In this document: piece by piece, positions 1 to 10,976 of the stretch
Position numbering within the stretch: position 1 is the first letter of the stretch
Layout of the letters: the number at the start of each line of letters is the position of its first letter
Assembly: GCA_937996685.1 (NCBI GenBank)
Contig: CALKUP010000015.1
Span: 71,900-135,899, forward strand
DNA length: 64,000 nucleotides
From: an uncultured bacterium
GTDB taxonomy: Bacteria; Patescibacteriota; Patescibacteriia; UBA9570; XYC2-FULL-38-9
Reading direction: 5' to 3'
Made by a program: the position numbers and the translations under genes
Notes under the pieces: generated by a model
The model's database searches: none
Told to the model about the DNA's origin: nothing
Seen by the model: only the letters and a program-made list of their open reading frames with translations

Positions 1-549
1 GAACTGCGTGATCGTTACCAAACAATCTACGCTTCCCTACCTGGCTCTGCCGCTGCGCCAACCGCTGGACTGCACTTCACCCCAGAACTCCTTGCGACAC
101 TCGAACAAATGGGCGTTGAGCGCGCTGAGGTGACGCTCCATGTTGGGCTCGGCACATTTTCACCGATCACAACAGACAACCTCGATGAACACGCAATGCA
201 TAGCGAGCGCATTGAGATTTCAGAGACAGCTGCAGAGCAAATCAACCGCGCAAAAGCAGACGGTCGGCGCGTCATCGCTGTTGGCACAACCTCTGTGCGC
301 GTGCTCGAAAGCCTCGCTGAAAACAGCCGTGTACAAGCAGGCAGCATGGACACACAGATCTTTATTCGCCCGGGATATCAATTTCAGATTATTGACGGAC
401 TCATCACAAACTTTCATTTACCTCATTCAACACTCTTGCTACTTGTTGCCGCCTTTGCCGGAACAGACACCATGCAACACGCCTACGACACTGCGATCAC
501 AGAAAAATACCGCTTCTATTCTTTTGGCGACGCCATGCTGATTGTATAA
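1..549 (+). CDS. queA: S-adenosylmethionine:tRNA ribosyltransferase-isomerase, 5'-truncated by window edge
   Basis: Frame open from base 1 ([11 protein letters not shown]...AAPTAGLHF); motifs [32 protein letters not shown]. Confidence 0.95.
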   Translation, partial: ELRDRYQTIYASLPGSAAAPTAGLHFTPELLATLEQMGVERAEVTLHVGLGTFSPITTDNLDEHAMHSERIEISETAAEQINRAKADGRRVIAVGTTSVRVLESLAENSRVQAGSMDTQIFIRPGYQFQIIDGLITNFHLPHSTLLLLVAAFAGTDTMQHAYDTAITEKYRFYSFGDAMLIV

Positions 550-612
550 TAAAAAAAAGAAGGTGTAAGTGATGTTTCAACGAGATCGCTGATTTGCAGG
601 TCAGAGTGCATC

Positions 613-637
613 AAAAAAACCGCGATTGCGGTTTTTT
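613..637. terminator. Bidirectional intrinsic terminator between queA and atpD
   Basis: aaaaaaaccgc-gatt-gcggtttttt between convergent genes. Confidence 0.75.
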
Positions 638-660
638 CTTTACAGGAAGCAGTAGAAATA

Positions 661-1278
661 CTACGCAACCTGTTCTTTGATTTTCATCAATGTGACTTTT
701 TCTTGACGAGCTGATTCTTCCAGTTTTGCTTGAATATATCGTACATCACGCTTCATGCCTGGAATAATAACGTATTCCAAACCATTCACACGACGACGTG
801 TTTTTTCAATTTCTTCTGCAAGACGACGCGCTGCATCTTCTAATTCAACCAGTCGAACGAGGTCTGGCATGAGCTCATTCAACGACACGAGTGATTCATC
901 CAAATCACGATTGGTATCAAGGACACCGTAGCAAAATGGATCGCCTTGAACGCTGGCTGTCATCTTTGAAATTCGAACGCCCATAATATTGGACTTTTCG
1001 GTTTTCAAAGACACAGTCGCTTTCGAATTTTTCGCAATTGCCGCCAGCAGAGCCGCTGATGTGCGGGCCTCTGCTAATGAAAATAATTGCTGCGCTTCGA
1101 TAATGCGTTCATCAACGAGTTTACGCAATTCCAAAGATTCTTTTACGATCTTCAAAAAGGCGCGAATCAAACCGTCTCGCTTGTCTTTTAAGAGCTTGTG
1201 CCCTTTTTCAGCGATCTTGAGCTTATTCTTGAGTTTCAAGAGCTCTTGTCGCGTTGGTTTGATTTGTGCGCTTGCCAT
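661..1278 (-). CDS. atpD: V/A-type ATPase subunit D
   Basis: PTRQEL...KGHKLLKDKRDGL, EIEKTRRRVNGLEY. Confidence 0.95.
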   Translation of the reverse strand: MASAQIKPTRQELLKLKNKLKIAEKGHKLLKDKRDGLIRAFLKIVKESLELRKLVDERIIEAQQLFSLAEARTSAALLAAIAKNSKATVSLKTEKSNIMGVRISKMTASVQGDPFCYGVLDTNRDLDESLVSLNELMPDLVRLVELEDAARRLAEEIEKTRRRVNGLEYVIIPGMKRDVRYIQAKLEESARQEKVTLMKIKEQVA

Positions 1279-1283
1279 AGAGA

Positions 1284-2678
1284 TTATTGGATACCTTTAC
1301 CGTATTTTTCAATATGCTCTACCTTCACTTTTTTGAGTTCCGCTTTTGGCAAAATCGCAAGTAATTCCCAAGCGATATTTAATGTATCAAGAATACTACG
1401 GTTTTCATTTTTGCCTTGTGTGACGTAGCGTTTTTCAAATTCATCAGAGAATTTCATGTACGCACGGTCAGTTGGAGACAATGCACTTTCACCCAAAATG
1501 AGCGCGAGTTCTTTAATTTCTTTACCCTTCGCGTATGAGCTAAAGAGCTGATCTTTCACACCAGAATAGTCTTCACGGATCTTTTCTTTATCAACTGGAA
1601 TACGAGACAATGAAGGCAAAATGTTCACTGATGGATAAATACCACTCTTATGTAATGGACGATCAATCATAATCTGACCTTCAGTAATATATCCAGTCAA
1701 ATCAGGAATTGGATGCGTTTTGTCATCATCAGGCATGGTGATAATTGGGATTTGAGTCAAAGACCCTTCAGACCCAATAACGCGACCGGCTCGTTCATAC
1801 AACATCGCGAGATCAGTGTAGAGGTATCCAGGATAGCCACGGCGTCCAGGAACTTCTTTACGAGACGCAGATACTTCACGAAGCGCATCAGCATAGTTGG
1901 TCATGTCAGTTAAGATCACGAGCACATGCATGTTCTTTTCAAACGCTAAGTATTCACCAAGTGTCAGAGCCATGCGAGGCAATGTAATACGTTCCACTAC
2001 TGGATCGTTCGCAACGTTGATGAGCAATGTTGCTCGTTCCATCGCACCAGTTCGTGAGAATTCGTTTTTAAAGAATTCTGCTTCTTCAAATGTTACACCC
2101 ATTGCCGCAAAGACAACGGCGAATTTTGAATCATCTTCGATTACCTTTTCACCATTCTCTACTTTTACCACACGAGCTTGGCGCGCGATTTGCGCAGCAA
2201 TTTCGTTATGTGGCAAACCAGAACCTGAGAAAATAGGCAGTTTTTGACCACGAGTCAGTGAGTTCAAACCATCGATTGTTGAAATACCAGTTTGAATGAA
2301 ATCATCTGGAAATTCACGACGCGCTGGGTTAATCGCTGAACCATTAATATCGAGATATGCTTCTGGAACGATTGCAGGACCACCATCTTTCGGGTTTCCG
2401 AAACCATCAAGCACGCGACCGAGCATTTGCTCAGACACACCCATTTGCAATGTTTCGCCCAAGAAGGCAACTTCTGCTTTGTCTGTATCAAGACCTTCAG
2501 TGGTTGTAAACAACTGTACAACAGCTGTATCACCTGATACTTCGAGAACGCGACCACGACGGATGCGACCTGAACCATCACGCACTTCAACCATTTCTTC
2601 GTAGGACACACCGCTCACTTTTTCCACGATCACGAGTGGTCCGGTAATTTCTTTAATTGTGTTATACCAAACTTTCAT
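1284..2678 (-). CDS. atpB: V/A-type ATPase subunit B
   Basis: [55 protein letters not shown]. Confidence 0.97.
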   Translation of the reverse strand: MKVWYNTIKEITGPLVIVEKVSGVSYEEMVEVRDGSGRIRRGRVLEVSGDTAVVQLFTTTEGLDTDKAEVAFLGETLQMGVSEQMLGRVLDGFGNPKDGGPAIVPEAYLDINGSAINPARREFPDDFIQTGISTIDGLNSLTRGQKLPIFSGSGLPHNEIAAQIARQARVVKVENGEKVIEDDSKFAVVFAAMGVTFEEAEFFKNEFSRTGAMERATLLINVANDPVVERITLPRMALTLGEYLAFEKNMHVLVILTDMTNYADALREVSASRKEVPGRRGYPGYLYTDLAMLYERAGRVIGSEGSLTQIPIITMPDDDKTHPIPDLTGYITEGQIMIDRPLHKSGIYPSVNILPSLSRIPVDKEKIREDYSGVKDQLFSSYAKGKEIKELALILGESALSPTDRAYMKFSDEFEKRYVTQGKNENRSILDTLNIAWELLAILPKAELKKVKVEHIEKYGKGIQ

Positions 2679-2692
2679 ATGTGTATTCCTGT

Positions 2693-4528
2693 CTAGTTAA
2701 TCGTATTATCATCAAATCCACCAACCATTTCAGAAATACCCATTTTGTCTGCACTCGCAGATGTATGGTCTTTGATGATTGTTGGTAAACTTTCAATCAG
2801 CGTTTTGATTTCGCCTTTTTGATCTTCTGGCAATTCTTTCAAACGCGCGATTTTATCACGAACTGGAACAGACAATACATCTTCTGCTTCAAGATCAGCG
2901 TTTGCTTCAACCGCTTTTACTGCTTCATGATGGAATGTCATCATCGCTTTCAACATCAAGTACATTTTTTCTGTTGACGTTGCTGCATCGACATCGTCAA
3001 ATGCATTTTGTTGCAAGAAATCTTCACGCAAACCTTTTGCAGTGTTCAATAAAATCTTTTCAGATTTTGAGAGAGCATCCATACCGACCAATTTGATAAT
3101 ATCTTCCAATTGGTTTTCTTTTTGCAAGATCAACATTGCTTCATCACGAAGCGCGCCCCAATCAGAACCAGCATGTTTTGCATAATAACTTTCAACGTCT
3201 TTTTCGTACAATGAGTAACTAGACAACCAGTTAATGGATGGGAAATGACGTTTACTTGCGAGTGACGCATCAAGACCCCAGAACGCTTTCACCACTTTCA
3301 AGGTTGCTTGAGTTACTGGCTCAGACAAGTCACCACCGGCTGGAGATACAGCGGCAATAACTGAGAGAGATCCACGACGACCTTCACTACCGAGACAATC
3401 AACGATACCAGCACGTTCATAAAAAGCTGAAATACGTGAACCAAGGTACGCAGGGTAGCCTTCTTCACCTGGCATTTCTTCTAAACGACCAGACATTTCA
3501 CGCATTGCTTCTGCCCAACGTGATGTTGAGTCAGCCATCATCGCAACATTGTATCCCATATCACGGAAGTATTCCGCCAATGTGATTCCAGTGTATACAG
3601 ACGCTTCACGCGCTGCAATCGGCATGTTTGATGTGTTCGCGATCAAAATAGTTCGTTCCATCAATGGCTTGCCAGTGTTTGGATCTTTCAAATGTGGGAA
3701 TTCACGCAATACATCAGTCATTTCGTTTCCACGTTCACCACAACCAACGTATACCACAACTTGTGCGTCAGAGTATTTCGCGAGTTGATGTTGAATCACT
3801 GTTTTACCAGCACCGAATGGTCCAGGCACTGCTGCTGCTCCACCTTTTGGAATTGGGAAAAACACGTCAACGACACGTTGCCCTGTGATCAATGGTTCTT
3901 GTGGCAACAGTTTTCGTTTTGTTGGGCGAGGCATACGCACTGGCCAACGATGCATCATTTGTACTGGAGTTCCAGCAACGGTTGCAACTGTTTCTTCAAC
4001 AGTAAATTCACCAGCTTTAATGTCTTCAACAACACCAGCAAGACCAACTGGTACCATGATTTTATGTTCAATCAATGATGTTTCTTGGACTGTTCCGAGA
4101 ACGTCTCCTGCTTCAACAGTGTCACCTTTTTTCACTACTGGAACAAAATTCCATTTTGCTGTTCGTGAAATTGATGGCACTTGAATACCACGTGGGATAT
4201 AACTTGCGTCCCCTTTCAATTCGGCAACTTTGTCTGCCACAACATCGAGTGGGCGTTGTACACCATCATAAATTGCTGTGAGCAGTCCGGGTCCAAGATC
4301 AAGAGACAGAGGCATACCAGTTGTTTCCACTGGTTCGCCGACTTTCATTCCGGTTGTTTCTTCGTACACTTGAATAGACGCTTCATCGCCATTCATTTCA
4401 ATCACTTCGCCCATGAGCTTTTCATGACCGACGCGAACCATGTCGTACATTTTGATATCAGGCACACCTTTGGCAATCACCAATGGTCCTGAGACTTTAA
4501 TAATTGTTCCTTGTAATTGTTCTGTCAT
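2693..4528 (-). CDS. atpA: V/A-type ATPase catalytic subunit A
   Basis: Walker [31 protein letters not shown]; no intein visible. Confidence 0.97.
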   Translation of the reverse strand: MTEQLQGTIIKVSGPLVIAKGVPDIKMYDMVRVGHEKLMGEVIEMNGDEASIQVYEETTGMKVGEPVETTGMPLSLDLGPGLLTAIYDGVQRPLDVVADKVAELKGDASYIPRGIQVPSISRTAKWNFVPVVKKGDTVEAGDVLGTVQETSLIEHKIMVPVGLAGVVEDIKAGEFTVEETVATVAGTPVQMMHRWPVRMPRPTKRKLLPQEPLITGQRVVDVFFPIPKGGAAAVPGPFGAGKTVIQHQLAKYSDAQVVVYVGCGERGNEMTDVLREFPHLKDPNTGKPLMERTILIANTSNMPIAAREASVYTGITLAEYFRDMGYNVAMMADSTSRWAEAMREMSGRLEEMPGEEGYPAYLGSRISAFYERAGIVDCLGSEGRRGSLSVIAAVSPAGGDLSEPVTQATLKVVKAFWGLDASLASKRHFPSINWLSSYSLYEKDVESYYAKHAGSDWGALRDEAMLILQKENQLEDIIKLVGMDALSKSEKILLNTAKGLREDFLQQNAFDDVDAATSTEKMYLMLKAMMTFHHEAVKAVEANADLEAEDVLSVPVRDKIARLKELPEDQKGEIKTLIESLPTIIKDHTSASADKMGISEMVGGFDDNTIN

Positions 4529-4537
4529 ATTCGTGAA

Positions 4538-4870
4538 TTATTTTTCGCTCGTTAAGAAATTGAGTTTCATACCAACCGCTTTTTCAATCAGTTGTTCCAT
4601 TTGCGCTGTCGCAACTGCTTTTTGATCTCCGTGAATTGGAATTGTAATTGACGGGAGGCCAAGAGCTTGAAACTTTTTCAACTGTCGATCTGACAATTGA
4701 ATATCTGATGTTAAAAGCACCATGCCAATTCCTGCACGCTGCGCTTCGAGCATCTCGATAATGCCTGTCATGTCTTCCATATTGTCTACTTCATGGCAGA
4801 CAAAACCAAACATTCGAAGGCCGGTTGTTGTTCCTGTTTTTCCGATGGCGATGGCTGTTTGTTGTTTCAT
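4538..4870 (-). CDS. atpF: V/A-type ATPase subunit F
   Basis: Size, position, GLRMFG and IEKAVG motifs. Confidence 0.8.
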   Translation of the reverse strand: MKQQTAIAIGKTGTTTGLRMFGFVCHEVDNMEDMTGIIEMLEAQRAGIGMVLLTSDIQLSDRQLKKFQALGLPSITIPIHGDQKAVATAQMEQLIEKAVGMKLNFLTSEK

Positions 4871-4882
4871 AAGAGTATTCTT

Positions 4883-5827
4883 TTACTGTGCGTTATACGC
4901 TACAAAACGTTTCGTGATTTCTTCTTCAGCAAGTCCCATCGCAACACCAGCGAATACGACTTTCATGTTTGAGATAAAAAATCGTAGTTGTTCAACGTAT
5001 TGAATGATACGAGCACCGCTCACACCTTCAAAGGTTGCTTTGTTGATTGTCGCCATTTCGCGATTGAACAATGCTGTTTCAATCGTTGTAACCGAAATCA
5101 TATCTGGACGCATGCCGAGTAGTAAACCGATTTCTGAAACGACGTCGCGGTATTCCAAATGTTCTAACGCGTATGTATCAGCAAGACCTTCAGTGACAAA
5201 CAATGATTCGATTAGTTCGCGACTTTTTCCAAGTTGCGCCATACGAAGTGTTGTCATGATGTTGTATTGCTCGATTTTTTCTTTCACAACACCGCGCAAA
5301 TACGCATCACTCTGCTTCGCAAGCCCTGCGAGTACGATTAAATATGTCCGGTCAATCAGACTGACAAATTCGAATGTATCATCAATATCATGAAGACTTG
5401 GCTCTAATTTTTTCAAGGCATCATCATACAAAGAAAACAATTTGAGTGAGCGAGCCCAATCTTGTTTCAGTGTAGTGTAAAAACTGCTTACTTCTCCAGA
5501 TCGAAACACCAAATATTTTTCTTTGATGAAACGAAACTCTTCAGCCAAAACAATGTATTGATATTCAATACTATCCTCTGGCAGTGATGTGACAATCGAA
5601 TCGATGATAGATCGATAATGCACATCCAATTGCTTATCAGATGCAATTGATCCTTCTGCTGTGCGGAATACAGAAGCAAGAAACGCTTCTGGGCTCTTAA
5701 ACAGAGAACCAGAATCTGCCGCTGTTTTCAACGCAGAAAACGGAGGGATCGCATACAAATCCTGTAAGAGAGAGGCTGCAATTGTAGAGATAGTATTAGC
5801 CATTTTTGCGAATATATTCTGAGACAA
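4883..5827 (-). CDS. atpC: V/A-type ATPase subunit C (divergent; start uncertain)
   Basis: About 310 aa helical protein at the C position of the operon. Confidence 0.6.
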   Translation of the reverse strand: MSQNIFAKMANTISTIAASLLQDLYAIPPFSALKTAADSGSLFKSPEAFLASVFRTAEGSIASDKQLDVHYRSIIDSIVTSLPEDSIEYQYIVLAEEFRFIKEKYLVFRSGEVSSFYTTLKQDWARSLKLFSLYDDALKKLEPSLHDIDDTFEFVSLIDRTYLIVLAGLAKQSDAYLRGVVKEKIEQYNIMTTLRMAQLGKSRELIESLFVTEGLADTYALEHLEYRDVVSEIGLLLGMRPDMISVTTIETALFNREMATINKATFEGVSGARIIQYVEQLRFFISNMKVVFAGVAMGLAEEEITKRFVAYNAQ

Positions 5828-6344
5828 ATGAAATCGTCATCTTTTTTACATCGGATACAAATTCTTCAACAGACCAATCAGCACGTGTTTCTCCTTGTGT
5901 ATACACGAGAGTTCCCTTGCTTGATCCGTCGCCCATTTCAACTGCTGTATGTCCGGCAGCTTTCACTGCGTCCGCAAGCAATTGAGCGTTTGCGCCACTG
6001 GCAGTAATCACTGTCGCAGCGTCAACGCCTTGTAAGAATTGAACAATTTGATTTTTAAAGGTTGTTGTTGTGAGCAATGTTGGCAAAGCTTGTTCATAAG
6101 CTTGCTCAATCACATTGGTGTCAGCGACAATATCAGCAAAATATGCATCTTGCTTCATTTGGTACGTTGAAAGAAATACTTTTTCTGCAATCACATCGTC
6201 AATCAATGTTTTTGCAAGTTTTTCTTTGTCCGCTTGTTCTTGGCGCTGTGCCAATAATCGAGATTCAGTTGATGCTTGCAACTCTTGTTCGAGTTGTTTG
6301 GCATCTTCTGTCATTCTCTGCTCAATTGTTGTGTAAAGAGTCAT
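5796..6344 (-). CDS. atpE: V/A-type ATPase subunit E (divergent)
   Basis: N-terminal coiled coil, size, position after K. Confidence 0.6.
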   Translation of the reverse strand: MTLYTTIEQRMTEDAKQLEQELQASTESRLLAQRQEQADKEKLAKTLIDDVIAEKVFLSTYQMKQDAYFADIVADTNVIEQAYEQALPTLLTTTTFKNQIVQFLQGVDAATVITASGANAQLLADAVKAAGHTAVEMGDGSSKGTLVYTQGETRADWSVEEFVSDVKKMTISFVSEYIRKNG

Positions 6345-6367
6345 GTGAATGAAAGTTGATCCAGTAA

Positions 6368-6841
6368 TTAGATTTTAACGCCGTTGATCATCAAGATAGT
6401 TACCAAGAGACCGAAAATCGCGAATGTTTCAACCATCGCAGCGAAAATGATTACTTGACCAGTACGTGATTTGTCTTTTGCAACAATTTGGATACCAGAA
6501 CTAATTGTGAAACCTTGGTACATACCAGACGCGAGACAAGTCAAACCTACTGGAAGACCAGCTGCAAGTAATACCAAACCTTGTTCGATGCTGACCGCTT
6601 TTGGCGCACCTGACAATAAACCAGTGTTTTGCAAGATCAAAATAGATGCAAGCATACCATAGACAGCTTGAGAACCTGGAAGCGCTGAGAACAACAGTAC
6701 ACTTCCGAATTGTGATTCATCTTCAGCAACGAGCCCAGCACCAGTACGACCGACACTTGCTACACCAATTGATGAACCGATACCAGCGAGACCAGCTGCG
6801 ATTGCAGCGCCGATGATTGCGAATACGATACCCATTTCCAT
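6368..6841 (-). CDS. atpK: V/A-type ATPase proteolipid subunit K, 4-TM, Na+-type signature
   Basis: LPGSQAVYG, SGMYQG, MVETFAIFG. Confidence 0.93.
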   Translation of the reverse strand: MEMGIVFAIIGAAIAAGLAGIGSSIGVASVGRTGAGLVAEDESQFGSVLLFSALPGSQAVYGMLASILILQNTGLLSGAPKAVSIEQGLVLLAAGLPVGLTCLASGMYQGFTISSGIQIVAKDKSRTGQVIIFAAMVETFAIFGLLVTILMINGVKI

Positions 6842-6870
6842 ATAGTAATTAGTTAATTGTTATTAATTAT

Positions 6871-8880
6871 TTATTGATTAGTAATACGAATATATTCTTC
6901 AGATGGAGACAGTGGTTGTAATTCTTGACCACCGCTTTCAAAGAATTTTCCGAAGAATTCCACAAAGTGCAGACGACCAACAGTAATGTATGAACCGAGT
7001 ACATTCAACGCGATGTTAAATGTATGACCGCCTAAGAATACAACGAGCATAATCAGGTACCCAATAACCATTTTACCACCACCTTGTGATGCAAGGCCAC
7101 CGCCAGCGAGTGTTGCAAGTGTATTGACCACCGAAGCGATAATACCAGTCGCAAGACCGAGGGCAACCAAACGAGTGTATGACAGTGTGTCTGAAATATA
7201 TCCGATGACTCCGAAGAACATATCGAATGCACCTTTCGCGAATTTCGCGAAGATGTTTCCAGCGTCACGTCCAACGATTGGCAACATGATGATGACATAA
7301 ATCACCAAGACATATTTCATGAATGACAGTCCTGCAAGGACAGTAACGATACTGAGCACCAAGAAGCCAAACCATGAACCAGACGCGAGTAATCCTTCAA
7401 CAAGTTCGCCACGTTTTTGTGATTGACGGAAACCAACAGCGAGACCGAGCAATAAATGCATCAAACCAAGCGCACCCATTGCAACCATCAATTCGATAAT
7501 TTTTTGGAGCGGGTTGATCAATTGCAAGTCTTGCAATAATGGCCATACACCAATATTGATCAAGAAACGTGTGTGCGGGAGGTATTTATCTGGGTTTGCG
7601 ATATCAATGTCCCATGGAGTGATACCAAACCATGAACCGTAGATTGTTCCAACAACGACTGTTGAAAGACCGGCCAAAAAGATGATTTGCATCAAATTTC
7701 GTGGACCTTCTTGCATGTTTCGAACAAACAAGAGTAATAGACCAGTAACGATCGCAATCACCACGCCGTATCCCGCTTCAGATAATGCGAGACCAAACAT
7801 GATTAAAAAGAAGAAACTCAAAATTGGAGTTGGATCAATTCCGTTCCCCATTGGAGTTCCCATCATGCGAGTCACCATTTCAAATGGTTTTACAAACCAG
7901 TTGTTTTTCATCACAACTTTATTTGGGTTGTCACCATCTGTCACAGATGTTGAAACGTCTGTGAGTTTTTCAAGTTCAGCAATTGTTGCATCAACTTTGT
8001 CTGGCGAAATATATCCACGAACGGTGTATCGATCACCCGCTGGTTTCAATGCGTGCCACGCAAAGATTGTTTTAATTTCAGAATGTAAGACGTCTTTTAA
8101 GACTGCGATTGATTCAATTTGATCAGCTTTTTCTTGCATGAAACCATCGATTTCAGCAATTGCTGCCTTCACTTCTTCTAATCGAGCTGTTGATTGATTG
8201 AATACATCATGAAATGAACCATTCACTGCTGTATCAACATTAATCAATGTCGCATTGTCCATTAAGTATGAAACCAATGCTTCACGATCTTCTTTTGCAA
8301 CGGCTGCAACTTGAACATAATCTTGTTCAATTTTATCAATCGCTTCAATCACAACGTCTGGAAAACGTTTTTTCACGTCTCCAAGAACTGCATCATTGCG
8401 ACTTTCATGCACAAAAAACGGCACAAAAGACACATAGTGGAAATCTCCGAAGATTTTTACATCTACTTCTCGGAGAGGACTCACTGTGTGGATGGTTTTT
8501 TCTAATACTTCTTTTTCATCACGCAAACGCAATTGTTCATCGTGTTTTGCGGTGATTTCTTCTGCCCATGCAAGTAATGTCTCTTTTTTTGCGACAGCGT
8601 CAACAAATTCCTCAGTTGAAATTTGAATACGGTTATCAGTCAAAAATGCGAGTGCACCTGGCTTGCCTGTGAGTGGAAGAAGTGAATCATATGCCTTGTT
8701 TGCAACTTCGATTTGGTGCATGAGCTCTGCTTCGAGGCCCACCAAATGCGCAGGCATTTGTGCGTTTTGTTGATCTTCAATCAACTCAACTGCCTGCAAC
8801 CGTTGCAACACAGCAAACACTTCCGACGGTGACTCCTTCGGAAGAGTGATTGTAATGTTTTTACATGCCAATACTGCCAT
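6871..8880 (-). CDS. atpI: V/A-type ATPase subunit I (a)
   Basis: IDPTP, SDTLSYTRLVALGLATG, RLHFVEFFGKFF. Confidence 0.95.
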   Translation of the reverse strand: MAVLACKNITITLPKESPSEVFAVLQRLQAVELIEDQQNAQMPAHLVGLEAELMHQIEVANKAYDSLLPLTGKPGALAFLTDNRIQISTEEFVDAVAKKETLLAWAEEITAKHDEQLRLRDEKEVLEKTIHTVSPLREVDVKIFGDFHYVSFVPFFVHESRNDAVLGDVKKRFPDVVIEAIDKIEQDYVQVAAVAKEDREALVSYLMDNATLINVDTAVNGSFHDVFNQSTARLEEVKAAIAEIDGFMQEKADQIESIAVLKDVLHSEIKTIFAWHALKPAGDRYTVRGYISPDKVDATIAELEKLTDVSTSVTDGDNPNKVVMKNNWFVKPFEMVTRMMGTPMGNGIDPTPILSFFFLIMFGLALSEAGYGVVIAIVTGLLLLFVRNMQEGPRNLMQIIFLAGLSTVVVGTIYGSWFGITPWDIDIANPDKYLPHTRFLINIGVWPLLQDLQLINPLQKIIELMVAMGALGLMHLLLGLAVGFRQSQKRGELVEGLLASGSWFGFLVLSIVTVLAGLSFMKYVLVIYVIIMLPIVGRDAGNIFAKFAKGAFDMFFGVIGYISDTLSYTRLVALGLATGIIASVVNTLATLAGGGLASQGGGKMVIGYLIMLVVFLGGHTFNIALNVLGSYITVGRLHFVEFFGKFFESGGQELQPLSPSEEYIRITNQ

Positions 8881-8890
8881 ACAGTGTGAA

Positions 8891-9175
8891 TTAGTTAATA
8901 TGTTCTAAAATGACCTTTTGGATATCAGCAGCTGAAAGTGATTTCTTGGCCGCTGCATCTTCTTTTTGCAATTGTTCTGTAATTGCACTTTGTTCTTTGC
9001 TGACCGCTGCTTCGACAACAGTGTCTTTGTCTTGCAAACGTTTTTCGAGCTCCTTCATGGCTGACGCGTGTTCAGCTTCTGATTTCTGCTCTTTTTGAGC
9101 CATTTCTGCTTTCAGATCCGACACCGCTTTCGCGTGGCGCTCTTCAAGCTCAATGAGTTCAACAATTTTTTGCAT
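8891..9175 (-). CDS. V/A-type ATPase subunit G/H (peripheral stalk)
   Basis: 94 aa charged coiled coil at head of operon. Confidence 0.6.
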   Translation of the reverse strand: MQKIVELIELEERHAKAVSDLKAEMAQKEQKSEAEHASAMKELEKRLQDKDTVVEAAVSKEQSAITEQLQKEDAAAKKSLSAADIQKVILEHIN

Positions 9176-9229
9176 GGTGAATTCAGTTAATTATATATAA
9201 ATAGTCGTCTTACAAACTACTTGTGTCAT

Positions 9230-9258
9230 ATCATATATGATTTTTCACGGAAAGTCAA
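9230..9258 (-). promoter_or_regulatory. sigma70-like promoter of ATPase operon
   Basis: TTGACT-17-TATGAT. Confidence 0.7.
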
Positions 9259-9259
9259 T

Positions 9260-9480
9260 AAAAACAGGCACAAAATACGGTTTTGCGACCCATCTTGTCT
9301 TGAAAAAGACAGTAATAATGACCTTTTTACAACTCGATCCTCCCACAGTCTGATGTTCGAGTTATCTATGGGGACCAAAGAACAATAGATTTGTTCACTC
9401 GTCTCCGTATATACTCGATAGGATCTGGTTGCCGTAAAAACAATCTGATATGAAATGAGCAAAAAGGAAATCCTTTTACG
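9260..9480 (-). ncRNA. Candidate small structured RNA or long leader upstream of the ATPase promoter
   Basis: TTGACA-17-TACGGT promoter at 9486-9514, several stems, 3' hairpin plus U-run, no credible ORF. Confidence 0.3.
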
Positions 9481-9624
9481 GAGCAACCGTACAACATGAC
9501 ATGGCTTTTGTCAATCCCTCATTATTCAGAATATCGAAGATTCTGCGCAATGAAGATTGCAGCATGCATTTCGAGGTGAAACACATGCTGTTGCGGCTCT
9601 ATTGCCGCTATCGTGACGAGTTGA

Positions 9625-10710
9625 TCAGTGCGGCAGAGTCGTCTGGAAGGCCCCTGAAACCGTCACAACGCCGGACACGCCCCAGAAGGGCTGGTTCCCG
9701 GTCACAACGCCTCCGGTGCCTTCGACGCCGAACTGGACACCCTCCCACGGCTCAGCCGTGAGGTTTGCCGTTCCGGCCACGCGGTAGAGGTTCGTCGAGT
9801 CACCGGCTGCATCAAGCAGCGTCGGGACGCTGTTGGCGCCGACGAGCTGCTCGCCGCAACCATCAACGCGCAGGGCGCCAGAGAACTTCTTGAAGCCTCG
9901 GACAGGCCCACCCACTCGCGCAGCCAGGAAGCCGCATTCAGTTGCGGACTGTCCGGGGTTGTAGCCGGCGTTCCCCTGCCAACGCAGAGTTGTCGTTGTT
10001 GACACGTACACTTCTCCGGCCGTGTCGGCATCGTAATGCCCGAGAGTTGGGGCAGCCGTCACATGCGCGGCGACCGAGCCCCAGTCACGGGCAATGCGGA
10101 CACCGCCGTACACCGTCGGCTGCTGCTCAGGCGGCTTCAACCGAACCACTCCGTCCCAAGTGCTGGAATACCCCAGAACGAAGGCGTTGCCGGAGCTGTG
10201 CGCGGCGACAAATTCGGCGCCGAAGTTCCAGTACGACCACTCATACGTCGGAGTGGCGTGCATCACGAACCATTGCTGGCTCACGCTGCCCGGCAGAACT
10301 GGCTCGAAGCCGCGCTGGTTGGCAAAGAGGCCGCCTTGAAGGCTGAGCGTCCAAGAGCGAACCGTACCGCCCAACGTCGAGTTGAGCGTCTGGAGCACCG
10401 GCATGCCGTTGGTGGTCTGCCCGAGCCCGCCGAACATGGCGCTCGAATCCACGACGGCGAAGAAGCTGCCATGCTCGACCTTGAGACCGAACTGCGCCCC
10501 TGCTTGCTGCGGACTGAAGTGCCAGGTCTGCGCGGTCGGAACAGCGACGTTCTGCAACGCCGTGGCATCCGAATTTGCCGGCTGAATGACACCCACAATC
10601 CCCTGTCCAACGCCCGCAAGCGTCAGAGTAACGGTCGTCGGTGCCGCATCCTCCGCAGACGCGGTGATGGACAGCGCGGAGAGAGCGAGCGCGATGATGG
10701 AAACGAACAT
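9625..10710 (-). CDS. Exported beta-rich protein resembling an outer-membrane beta-barrel porin; GC-rich
   Basis: Signal peptide (MFVSIIALALSALSITASA-ED), many amphipathic beta segments with aromatics, AGGAG SD. Confidence 0.55.
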   Translation of the reverse strand: MFVSIIALALSALSITASAEDAAPTTVTLTLAGVGQGIVGVIQPANSDATALQNVAVPTAQTWHFSPQQAGAQFGLKVEHGSFFAVVDSSAMFGGLGQTTNGMPVLQTLNSTLGGTVRSWTLSLQGGLFANQRGFEPVLPGSVSQQWFVMHATPTYEWSYWNFGAEFVAAHSSGNAFVLGYSSTWDGVVRLKPPEQQPTVYGGVRIARDWGSVAAHVTAAPTLGHYDADTAGEVYVSTTTTLRWQGNAGYNPGQSATECGFLAARVGGPVRGFKKFSGALRVDGCGEQLVGANSVPTLLDAAGDSTNLYRVAGTANLTAEPWEGVQFGVEGTGGVVTGNQPFWGVSGVVTVSGAFQTTLPH

Positions 10711-10976
10711 TGAATGCTCCTGCTGAAGTCATGGTGCCGAAAGTGACACACATTACTGCTTCATGTAGCGAATATTCCTTATCACACTTTTTTGCAGAAC
10801 AAAATACCGATACGGTAGATTTGTGTGGAAAAACAATTTTTACTTTCTATAATAGATATACAATATTATAGACAATAGAAATTGTGTGAGCCCGAGGAAC
10901 AATCATGCTGTGTGATGTCGCGGTACGCGAAGCATCGTGATGATTATTCAAAAGACTCACAAGTGAGCTTCTGTTC

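Noticed and set aside
9226-9486. 86-aa ORF upstream of the ATPase operon
   Set aside because: TTG start overlapping a -10 box, no motifs, and it runs across the downstream promoter
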